A stretch of 64,000 nucleotides of DNA from Trichoplax adhaerens (Eukaryota; Animalia; Placozoa): NCBI RefSeq assembly GCF_000150275.1, contig NW_002060948.1, positions 4,820,336 to 4,884,335 of the forward strand, in the 5' to 3' direction. Of the stretch, positions 53,480-64,000 are shown piece after piece. A model generated the notes under the pieces. That model worked only from the letters and a program-made list of their open reading frames with translations, did no database searches and was not told where the DNA came from. Every line of letters starts with the position of its first letter. Positions within the stretch are counted from its first letter, which is position 1. A program made the translations under genes and the position numbers.

Positions 53480-55864
53480 TAATTAAAACATAAATTTAAT
53501 TTGCCGTACATAGAAGCTCAGAAATCATTGTATGTCTTTCAAGCTTGATTTGCCTGCATCGTGCGTAATCGCACTCAGATTTTAACAACTAATTTTTAGT
53601 TTAATAAGAGATTAAACAGTAAGCATCTCCACTTTTCAGCAGAAATGACGTTTGTATCTATTACGTTAATAAATAATTTCATGCATGCATAACCCTTAAT
53701 GACTAATTACGATCATTACGTCATCGATATGTCTTTTTCCCGAAATTAGAAATTACTTTCATCATTTATAGAAAATTTAATGATTAAGATCTAACTTTTT
53801 CAATGTAATTACTATTCTTATGAACCAAAGCTCATAATTAATCTATTACCTCTAGCTTGATTTAATTAGACAATTTTCAATTCATTGTCTACCTTAATAA
53901 ATATTTTTCTTCTAAATTTATAGATCATAATACCCATTCCTGATATCTATCTAGAAATTGTAAGTTAAATGAATGTCTGAACTTTATAAATAGCTCAATG
54001 AAAATAATTCTTATTTATGGAAAGAGAATATTACAGATTATGCTGGTTGGTATAGCAATGTTTGATTTCCAACTTTAATTAGTATTTGATAAATTGATGT
54101 AATACGATTCACTTTCTGAATAACACTTTTGTCTACAAAAACTTATTTCTGTCGGATCTAGAGTCATAAATGATATCATTTTATATCCTCGAAGATTTTT
54201 AAATTACATAATTATTTTAAAAGCACATTTGAAATTAAATTTAATTATAAGACTACTTGGTGTGTAACTTTGATTAGCATTCCATAAAATATCATAACGG
54301 AAGTAATTTACTATCGCGAAAGTAATATGATTGGAAAACTTTCAGATGACAAGAAACTATTCTTATTGGATCTGAAGTTATTAATGACATCATTCGCGAC
54401 ATCTATCTGCGATTTCCAAATTAATTGGTTATTACAAAAGAAACATATTCAAAATAAAGTTTAAAGTATAATGGCAATATTTTGTATTGAATTATGGTGT
54501 CTTAAAAAGATATTTCATGTCTTCAATATCCAAATTATCTACTTTGTGCATCTGCTAGTAAATCGATGAGATCATACTGACTAAATTATTTGCATAATAA
54601 GAAAGTAAACATACGTGATTATTTACATCATACCAAGTCACAAAATACATAAATATGAGTCAGAAAAGGGTCTGCGTATAATTAAACAGAATCTATCTTG
54701 AAGCGATCATTTTAACTTGTCTTTTTTCTCAACAATCATAAACCTTTGTCTAAGGGCAAATTGATATTTCTTTATCTTCATTTAAAATAAAATTGAAATC
54801 TTTTATTTATTGATTTATGAGGTTTTGTTTCCTCATATTTTGTTATTCCTCTAATGAACTATTGGTCTAGTAGCCGGTACAATGCTTGCAAAGAGTTAAA
54901 TTAAACTTTCAACGATTTTCTCTTATCGTTCATTATTGACGTAGTATAAATTGCAATTATTTTAGATAGTTAATTTTCTGTGATATTAGTATATTTAAAC
55001 TCGAAAATGTGAATCCAAAAGTGATTAATATAACCTACCTGTATTGCCTATGTATATCAATTCATTATTTTATCGTCAATATATTTGATTTTCTAAGATT
55101 AATATTCCTAACCATATGTAGTCTATCCGTCCATCAATCATTTATATGCTATCGCATGTCATTCCATCGCTCATTTTATTACCATCTGCTCGGAAAACAT
55201 TATCCTATTGGCTTTTTTATCATGATTACTTTTACAACCAATTAAAATAATGTTCAACAGAACATTACCTCATTATTATATAATATTTAGCCTATTAGTT
55301 ACAGTACTCATTGTAAAGTAAATTAATAAAAGGCTCTATTTCACTTAATCATGATATATATAACATAATCAATGATACCTTTTTCTCACTCATTTTCCAT
55401 TACTTATGACGTTGAACATCTTACATTGACCAGGTGCTTGTTATGTTATTTATACCTTTAAAATATTATTTATAGAACGGTCATCATCATCACTTTATTG
55501 TCTGTATGATTCTAATGAGGTTTAGATAATATCTTTCTTAAATGAATCAATACCTTTTACTGTCAGTGTTGGATTTTATCTTATCTTATCTTACTTTAAG
55601 TAAGCATGAATGGATATCAATGATGATCGTCGAAATTGTTGCACCTTAAATTTTATCCCCCGAATTGCCAGTAACACATTTATAATTGATTGCAAAAAGA
55701 TAATAACATAGTATCACTACTATCTAATTGAGTCAATATCCTCGTTGAATAAATTATGCATAACTTTGAAATCAAATAGAACGATGCCCAACTTAATAAC
55801 AACCTTTATAGGTATATCCTTGTTACAATATTTCAACTTACTTTATGTGCATATTAAAACTAAC

Positions 55865-56178
55865 CTGTTTACAATTTGTTTCATAATCGGATTGTCCTGC
55901 AGATCCACAGCGTATTACCACATCACCCTGTAATGCATCCTTTACTAGTGGGTTATATTGACTAGTATGATTAATATTGTCTGGAACATCTGTTTTATCC
56001 TGCTGACAGTTTGATTGTGATTTAAAGCCTTCTAATTGTCGTAGAAGCCATTGTCGTTTACTTTCTGAAGTCTGACTCAAGTGTTCATCAGCTAAATCAC
56101 TCAGTAGGAAGTCTTTTAATTTATCCAATTGTTGATCAAATTCGTTATGTTCGATTGTCGCTTCTTCTATTCTAGGGA
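55865..56178 (-). CDS. Upstream coding exon of the PH adaptor, encoding an AFAP1/SKAP-type N-terminal helical hairpin
   Basis: Acceptor TTTATTGCAG| (phase 1) and donor CAG|GTTAGT (phase 0, compatible with the exon at 43459). Peptide FDQQLDKLKDFLLSDLADEHLSQTSESKRQWLLRQL. Confidence 0.72.
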
Positions 56179-58169
56179 CTGCAATAAAAATACACACAGA
56201 CACGTAACAAAAGTTAATATCTTTTGAAAACATTCCTAAATATAATTTTAGAGCTGACTTTAAGTCAATATCATCATATTCAATCTTCCGCTAATCCTGC
56301 TGAGACTAAATTAATAATATTGGATGTTAAGAACAATAGCTTTGATCATCTATGAATGATCTGACATTTTTTTCTAATATAAATTTATCATAACATGAAG
56401 TTGCAATTTATTTCTTAATTTGTTTTTCTAAACGTAGTTATAAATTCACGAATAATTACGCCCATAATTTGTACTAGCGTATCCCCAAGCACTTTCTAGA
56501 ATTAATCGACGCCTACCAATTAATAAAATGCTTTAGATATGGTCTAGACTAAAACCGTAGGGGCATTGATCTCGTTCTACTATGCTATGTGTAACATATA
56601 TTTTATGAAATATGCGTATTTACACAGCAATCCATATTTGACCGCAATATGGCAACTATCTCAACTACAATCGTAGAATTATAATTTCTAATCGAAAAAG
56701 GAACATGAAATAATTTTAAATTTCGTAATAAGTTTTGCAATGAGGAAGAAACAAATATAATTTGCTTTCCAAGTAGGATAAATAAACAAATACATACGTA
56801 TCAGTGGGACATAAAAACTTTTGCGATATCTAATGGCCTCGATTCATAACATATAATTTTATTGAGATTAACTTATACAATTTTATGCCTTAAATGAATC
56901 TTGTTTTGCTTATTAGGAAATATTCACTGCAATGAAATTGTAATTTGGAATGTAAATTATGATATCTCTGACAGAAAAAATAATAAATTAAATCTGATGG
57001 TTAATCAAACAAATGCCTACACTGATGGGAATTGACTTTCGCTTATTTAGAAAAGACTTAAAGTTTTGCTTGTAATCTTTTATTTCTATCGCTTTTGATA
57101 TATTTACGCTTTTAGTACCGAATAAACCGAACTTTTAACATTTCTCTCTTCAGTATTAACATAGATTAGGCATAAGTGATGAGAAATTGATATTGAGACT
57201 AGGTACTGAATAGATTCAATGCCTCCCGATTCATATACAATTAATTAAGAATATTTTCTCTGTTCGACTTGCAATTCACAATCACAAGATATCGGAGAAA
57301 AAGACAGATAACAATAGCTAAAGTTATGGATTTAGTAAGAGTAATATATAAATAACAGCTAAACTAGCTATTGATTCCATAAAATGACAGAATGCAAATA
57401 GATCATTGACTTAACAACTATCCACAGACATCTGTTTATTAAAAAGAATAAAGAGACTGAACACCCGCTGTGGGGTAAAATTTATTTCATTTATTATGCT
57501 CTGTTTTGACCTTAGTTAAGAGCGTATATGGTTAAATAGCCTCATTTGTAGAATTAACCATATTTTTTATCCTAGAAAATACTGTCACGTAAGCTATTTG
57601 AAAAATTAAACTTTTCCTTTGATCCAGGTTGATTCATGTTTGCAACTATCAGATGGTATTTTTAAGTTCGTAATAAGGGATTCACTAATAATTAATAATA
57701 GTAGATCTTCATTTAGGTAATTTAGATGCTTTAGTTAAGCAAATATCATAACTATAGTTAATGATAACTACTCCTAACTCACGAAAGTATCATGCTATCT
57801 GTAATGGTCATTAAGCAAATAATTTTAACCACAATCGCGACATCTAAATTCATGAATCATGTCACAATAGCTTAATGTCTTCTACACAGAGCCGGTGATG
57901 GACTTATTAGAATTTAAATTTCACCCTTATTTTAACATAAAATAAAATATTCTGTTGCCAAAATAAATAAGTTACCATACACCTTAATAAGATTAATCTT
58001 ATGATGAAACGTTGTTTAACATAAGTATTCTTTTACGTCCTTCAGTTTTTAAGTCTATAACACATGGGCTAACTTAATATCATAGGGGTTTTGCTTTATG
58101 AAGCAGCCGTCTATCGTTTCGGATTTTAAAGTTAATAGAAATTGCGGTTAGACCATCATCACAATTTAC

Positions 58170-58993
58170 TCTGTATGTTAATTATCAGGTTGAAAGCAAT
58201 TAGAATCTGTACATTAGCCGTCTAGTTGCGAAAAAATTGATCAATATATCACATGCTAGCATACGCGTTGTAATTGAACTATGTATAGGAGTTGCTTATA
58301 CTATAATGTTCCTATAACAAGTTGACAATATCCCTCTGTATATTAATTATCAAGCAGAAAGTAATTAAAATCAGTGTATCTGCCGTCAAGTAGCGTAAAA
58401 TTGATCAATATGCTATATGGGAGCATATGTGTGGTAACTAGACTATGTATTCGAGTTGCTTATCCCTTAATGTTCCTATAATAAGTTGACTATATCTTCC
58501 TGTGTATTAATTATTAAGTAGAAAGAAATTAAAATCAGTGTAAAGCCTATCAAGTTGGCGGAGAAATTGATCAATATGCTACAGGCGAGCATATTATAAT
58601 TAGACTTTATATGCGAAATACTCATACCATGATCTTACTATGGCAAGATTGACCGTATCTATATGTATATTTTTGTCAAGCAGAAAGCAATTAAAATCAA
58701 TGTTCCGGCCATGAAATTGGCGTGAAAATTGATCAATATTGTACGTACGAGTTAACATGTTGCAATTGGGCTACAAATGCATTTTATTTATATCATGATC
58801 TTCCTATAACAAGGTTGATTATATCTTTCTCTCTACGTATAGTATTATCAAGCAGGAAGCAATTATTATCAGCATATCAGCGTTCAATATTGTGTAAAAA
58901 GTGATCATTATACTACGTGCGAACATATTACAATTGGACTATATATACGAGTTACTTATACCATAATCTCTCTAATACAAAGTTAACTATATC
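58170..58993. repeat. Diverged tandem repeat, 5 copies of 162-172 bp
   Basis: Anchor (t/g)tgatca at 58237, 58401, 58567, 58729 and 58901; shared ttatcaagcagaaag.aatta and ttcctataa.aag.ttga. Confidence 0.9.
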
Positions 58994-59815
58994 TTAACTC
59001 TATTCAGATACCTCATGATATAGTGAGGGCCAAACTAACTGAAGATAAAATCGGTTTTGTTGCAGTTTACAAAAGAGGTTCACGTAAGCTAGTCATGATA
59101 CTCGGTGTAGACTAAACTTCTAGATATATATTCTTGGGTACTGGCACTTTAGATTCTACCACTGTAGGTTTATAAACTAAATTTAAATAAATTCGGTAAA
59201 TATGTACCATAATGTCCATGTATTTCCTCCTATACTCAAGATATTAGCATGCTTGTAAATCAAAGTAAACGATAAAAACGTCTTCTTGTACATTTTACCT
59301 GTCATAACTGGAAATTATGATATCATTTGTTTTTCTCACATTTTCGATCGTAACGCGTTAATTAAAGATAATATCTTTAATCACATGTAATCTACATTTA
59401 GGAATTAAATTTTAGCTTTATGTCACTTATATGAAGCTGTGAAAAGTACAACTAGGTATGTTTCTAGCACTAGCTATTGAATAAGGAAGCAACCCAAAAA
59501 TATATTACTATTTGCAACCATTTTAATGAGTCAATGTGAATTTGTGATATGTCAAGGAAGTCTCGCTAATTTAATGATGAAAATATTCGATTTACATAGT
59601 TGTTCAGGCTAGCAAGTTTACAGCCATTCAGGAGTTGAATAATCTACCCTACCAATGCCATAAAATCTACAAATTCTGATACACTTGCCTAATATTACAT
59701 AACTCTAACCATACAAATGATGTCGCATGGATAAATAAGCAATGGAATAATAGATCACTATAATTTACTGTGTACAACTCGGAAATAAAGTAATTTACAA
59801 AAACTTCCGTGGATA

Positions 59816-60086
59816 GTAGTACGTGTATCTTGAACGAATTTAGAAGGAATCATATATAGTGTATAGCTATAGACGTTATTATAGGTTCATATCATAAAAC
59901 CCTCCACTCGATTCTATGAAAGTGTTATGTATTCTGTATTAATGCATCAATGTAATTAACTATGCATAGCTTATAACTAACGTAATTTGCAAAATCGACT
60001 GCAGTATGTGTATCTTGAACGAGTTTAGAAGGAATTCGGTATAAGTATTAAAGGTAGATATTATAGATTCAAATCATAAAATCCCT
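59816..60086. repeat. Two-copy repeat, period 185 bp
   Basis: gtgtatcttgaacga.tttagaaggaat...tattatag.ttca.atcataaaa.ccct appears twice. Confidence 0.8.
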
Positions 60087-61266
60087 GTCACGTTCTGTAA
60101 TAGTTACATAATTAGTATGTTACCTTCTTTCTATATATGGTTAAATATCACGATGTTATCACGTCATGCGTATATAGATGTAGTTATGGTACTATATTTA
60201 GGTTATCTATATATGTATTCTCATGTTGCCATACTTGGCATGATAGTCTATTTTGTAATGTCTAAACTAGGGAAACCTTTCTGTTAGTGATGATCTTGTG
60301 ATCTACGTTAGTAGATCAAAGGTCACAATAAAGAAAGTACATAAACTCTTTATTTTAATAATAAAGTTAGTTCTTCAACTTAATTACTGGGTCTCCTTGC
60401 TGAGTGCAGATCTAGTACTTGTTACAAAATTTGGAAGTTGTAACAATCCCCTACCCAATTCTATAAAAAGTTTTGTGTTTCCTATGAGAATTATGTTTCT
60501 TTGTGTATTTAGTAATATAATAGTAGCAAATTCCATTTAAAACGTTTTATATCATATGGGTTTTACTCCATTTCTTTCTACGTCCCCTTTTTAAGCTGAA
60601 TCGATAATCGATTCCTATCAAAGATTAAAAAATTGCTATAAGTGTGAGCTCTTAAAAGCTATTTGTACATTTGTTACTTTTATTAAGAAACGTAACTATT
60701 CTTATTAAATAGATGTACTAATCCTCTACATTTAAAAACCAAAGCAGCTTCCTTAAAATTAAACAATACTATGAAGATAATCTATTTAATTCGCTGCAAG
60801 GGTATAGCTCTGTCTACATGACATGTTGTCTTCTTTTATTACTTCTGCACCACGAAACTATTTGAATCAAATTACTAACTCTTTATTTCGAGGCATTGAA
60901 TTATACCGTATGGTACATATCTAATCAAGGTTAGGAATCTTAAATTACCTGCGAATGTTTGTACACTGCATTAATTTAACATAGAGATTTACTATGTCGA
61001 AAAAAATAACGATAGAATCAAACCCTATCTGATTTTACGTTTATGACTATCATTTAAAATGATTTAAGATAATGTATAAGTAACAGTGTGACTGCTTTTA
61101 GCTCGAATTAGGCTATTAAATTTATTGAATGCTCCATATTAATCTAAGTTACCGAAACTATTTTAATGTAAATTTCATTTAACTATTAAAAATATATTAT
61201 CTTAATCATTGTGGTCGATGATCGTAAGCTGTTAAAATTTACAGATTTAGAAAAGCTGAAGCTCAC

Positions 61267-61290
61267 TTTCTTGGGCTTTTCGTATTCTGC
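61267..61290 (-). CDS. Candidate 24-nt micro-exon of the PH adaptor
   Basis: TTTTTTTTAG|GCAGAATACGAAAAGCCCAAGAAA|GTGAGC; open in phase 1-1 (xRIRKAQE). Confidence 0.5.
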
Positions 61291-62791
61291 CTAAAAAAAA
61301 TTTTAACTTTAATTTAGAGCCTAATAAGGTCAAAAATATCATTTTGAGATTTCACTAGGCTTTTAATAGTACCATATTCTCTGAAACGATGATAATATGT
61401 ACTTTACTACACCATCGAAAACTTGCAATCTCTGGTTATTTAATTCGATTCTAAACATGACAACATAACCTGGATAATTTTCAGGATTAACCAGTACTTT
61501 TTTTGCATTAGCAGGTTAGAGTACCTGCTAACTTTATGTCGTGTCTGATTTCTTTATGAACAATCTACATACCTTTTAATGTTCTATCATGATATCATAA
61601 ATTAATGCTTTGAATAAATCCTCTTGGACTGGTCAATTTATAGTTGCTTTGCAAGAGAGTTTTTTCACGCTTTAAGCGTAAATTAGTTCTCAGACAATTT
61701 TTCCTTTCAATGTAACGAGTTACTTTATAGTAGTAATGATTATATGAACGATAATTAGACTAAATCTACACTAATAAATCGTAATTTCATTATAGTCAAT
61801 TATTGTCAAGATAACTTTACTATTATTTTATCGCTCATTAAGAAGTAATTAGAGCAGAAACAAAACTTAAAATTAGGATACAAAGAAGCTCATAAATCGC
61901 TTGATAGTAATGTAGTGCAGTCCCAAAATAGATCATGTTTGTAGGTTAGATTCTGAGGGTTACTTATGTGTATATCAATAGAGCTGAATATTACAGGTAA
62001 TCCTTAAAAAACGAACTAATGCAAGCGAAATGAACAAGAAACCAAAACCCAAGTTCTTGTTACAACTTTTGAAGCACTTTATAGCATCTAAGCAAATTTT
62101 AAATTACATACCGAGCAACAAAACATTCATATATCGATTACGACTCGTTATATCAAGCTAACGACTTCTGAGTAGGAGTAGTTGATCCAGTATAGTAGAC
62201 TTAATATATTTAAAAGACAGTTTGATCGGGCATAATCTTTACTCAATTGGCTACAGATCTTCTTAAACTTAATGCTGACAGCATACTGTAGGTAGAATTT
62301 AATATCCTTCCTACACATAAGTAGCAGAAATGCTATACTAGATGCATAGAGTAGTCGATATAATTTTACTATCTACAATAAAATAGGATTACGCCGTAGT
62401 TGATTGGTTTCAACGTTGAAGGAACTAATAATCCGAACATTCTCTTTCAAAATCATTAAACAGATGATCAAGCTCAGTTAGACACCTCCTAAAGGAATTG
62501 ACATAAACGAAGCACGCTATTTCTATTCTAAGTAAATAAAATAGCACCCTTCTTTATCCTTATTTATTTATCTAATAATGTCACACCATCTTGCATGTAA
62601 ACCGAGGATAACTTTAATGATGAATGATCCCAAAATTAATTATTGTTACTAAAACCTTTCATCGAATAAAATTATTCGCAATAATTATATCGCTATCGTC
62701 TTCATAATCAGCTTAGAAAAGTAAAGATAAGCAAAGAAATACAAGTTTGGCCTTATGCATACCTAGTAGCTATGACGAACGTTTAAATGCA

Positions 62792-62889
62792 TCTCTATAA
62801 TTATAGTAAGCTTCTGATAGAGTGTCGATAAAGATTAATGTCTCTATAATTATAGTAGGATGCTGATAGAGTGTCGATAAAGATTAATG
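62792..62889. repeat. Near-perfect 2 x 49 bp tandem duplication
   Basis: tctctataattatagta.g.t.ctgatagagtgtcgataaagattaatg twice, with few mismatches. Confidence 0.92.
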
Positions 62890-62994
62890 GATACTCTGTC
62901 TTACTTTCAAATAGACTTTAAAGTAGCGTTAACATTATGTATCGTGAATTATTAATTCGAGAAGAAATTGACTTAAATGAAAATAGAAGCTTAC

Positions 62995-63019
62995 TTTGTT
63001 TTATTGCGCCATCCATTTC
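62995..63019 (-). CDS. Candidate 25-nt exon carrying a possible start codon (ATG at 63016)
   Basis: GCTGAT(branch-like)CATTAATAG|GAAATGGATGGCGCAATAAAACAAA|GTAAGC; MDGAIKQ plus 1 nt joins in frame to the 24-nt exon. Confidence 0.45.
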
Positions 63020-64000
63020 CTATTAATGATCAGCACAGAAACTAACTTGCAAAGTTTTATCTTGATTAGTAGACGAGAGATTTTAAAAAAATCATGACCA
63101 TTCTTCTCGTAGAATATACCATCAATTTAATCTTATGCTTTCATCGTTTGTCGAAGGTAATATAAAATGATTAATACGTTATGTTTTAAACTTTGATAGT
63201 AAATACGATTGTATGTATTATTATCAATAGCGTGATTCAAATTTTAAACTGATCTTCACTCCAAGAATTAATTTCTTAAACATGCTTTAGATGCATCAAG
63301 TCCAATACAAATATCGAAATTTAGGGAGATGAATAAGGAAGACGGTAATACAACATAAAGAATAGAATCCAATTTTGCAATTAAATTCATGAAAGGCAAT
63401 CGCCAATAGAGTTGAATAAGGATATATGGATTGAGACATTGTAAATAAATAAATAAAAATACGATCGTCTATAATAATGAATAACTTTTTTGACTAGCAA
63501 CCTATTCAATTCAATTATTTCTTTTATATCTTTTATTTGAAATAAATTATATACAGTACGTGTTCGTAAAGGCATTATTTATAATTGATAGGCAATCACT
63601 GGCTGAAAATAGTTGATTTGATGAATAATCATCACATGTTCGAAATCACTTCAAACAATTCTTGCTAATAGTATGGAGGGCATCTAATTTTAGTTTGATC
63701 GTTACATAACAAAATTGTGATGTTACAGTTTATTATAAAACGATATTTAATAAGGATGAGGCGAAAATTTGTTCAATAAAATCTAAATTAACTACGATAT
63801 TACTCAATTTGCCAATGTTGGCTGTCTAGGCACATGTTTCTTACAACATTATTTAAATGTTAACGAAAAAGCAATTCAACAGAATATAACGTTAATGCTT
63901 AGAAAAATTTCGTGCAAAATGATCCTAACTTTATAAAGATACCATTCAATTAGAAATTAAGGTCACTAAAAACCAGTTTGTGGCGATTTGCAGCAAATGA

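Noticed and set aside
46577-58993. Repeat arrays as CRISPR-like loci
   Set aside because: Whole units are homologous, with no identical short repeats separated by unique spacers and no cas genes; eukaryotic intron context.

Overview
AT-rich eukaryotic (metazoan) genomic DNA with GT-AG introns, not prokaryotic. Composition and short introns resemble a compact early-branching animal genome such as a placozoan (inference only). Contents: (1) 3' part of SEC62, eight coding exons at 1-2233, ending in a canonical LIR motif. (2) A cluster of four two-exon paralogues encoding 344-348 aa PRRT3/PRRT4-like 7-TM proteins without the long ectodomain (two on +, two on -, converging); each has a 471-nt first coding exon and a phase-0 intron at the same site. 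(3) A minus-strand AFAP1/SKAP-like adaptor (N-terminal helical hairpin, two PH domains, coiled coil); I propose it extends to about 63 kb via a distant exon and two micro-exons. (4) Two solo LTRs of one family with perfect 5-bp target-site duplications, plus a related LTR end with a PBS-like motif. (5) Several unrelated diverged intronic tandem repeats, many with 162-186 bp periods. Family assignments rest on recalled motif similarity, not database searches.
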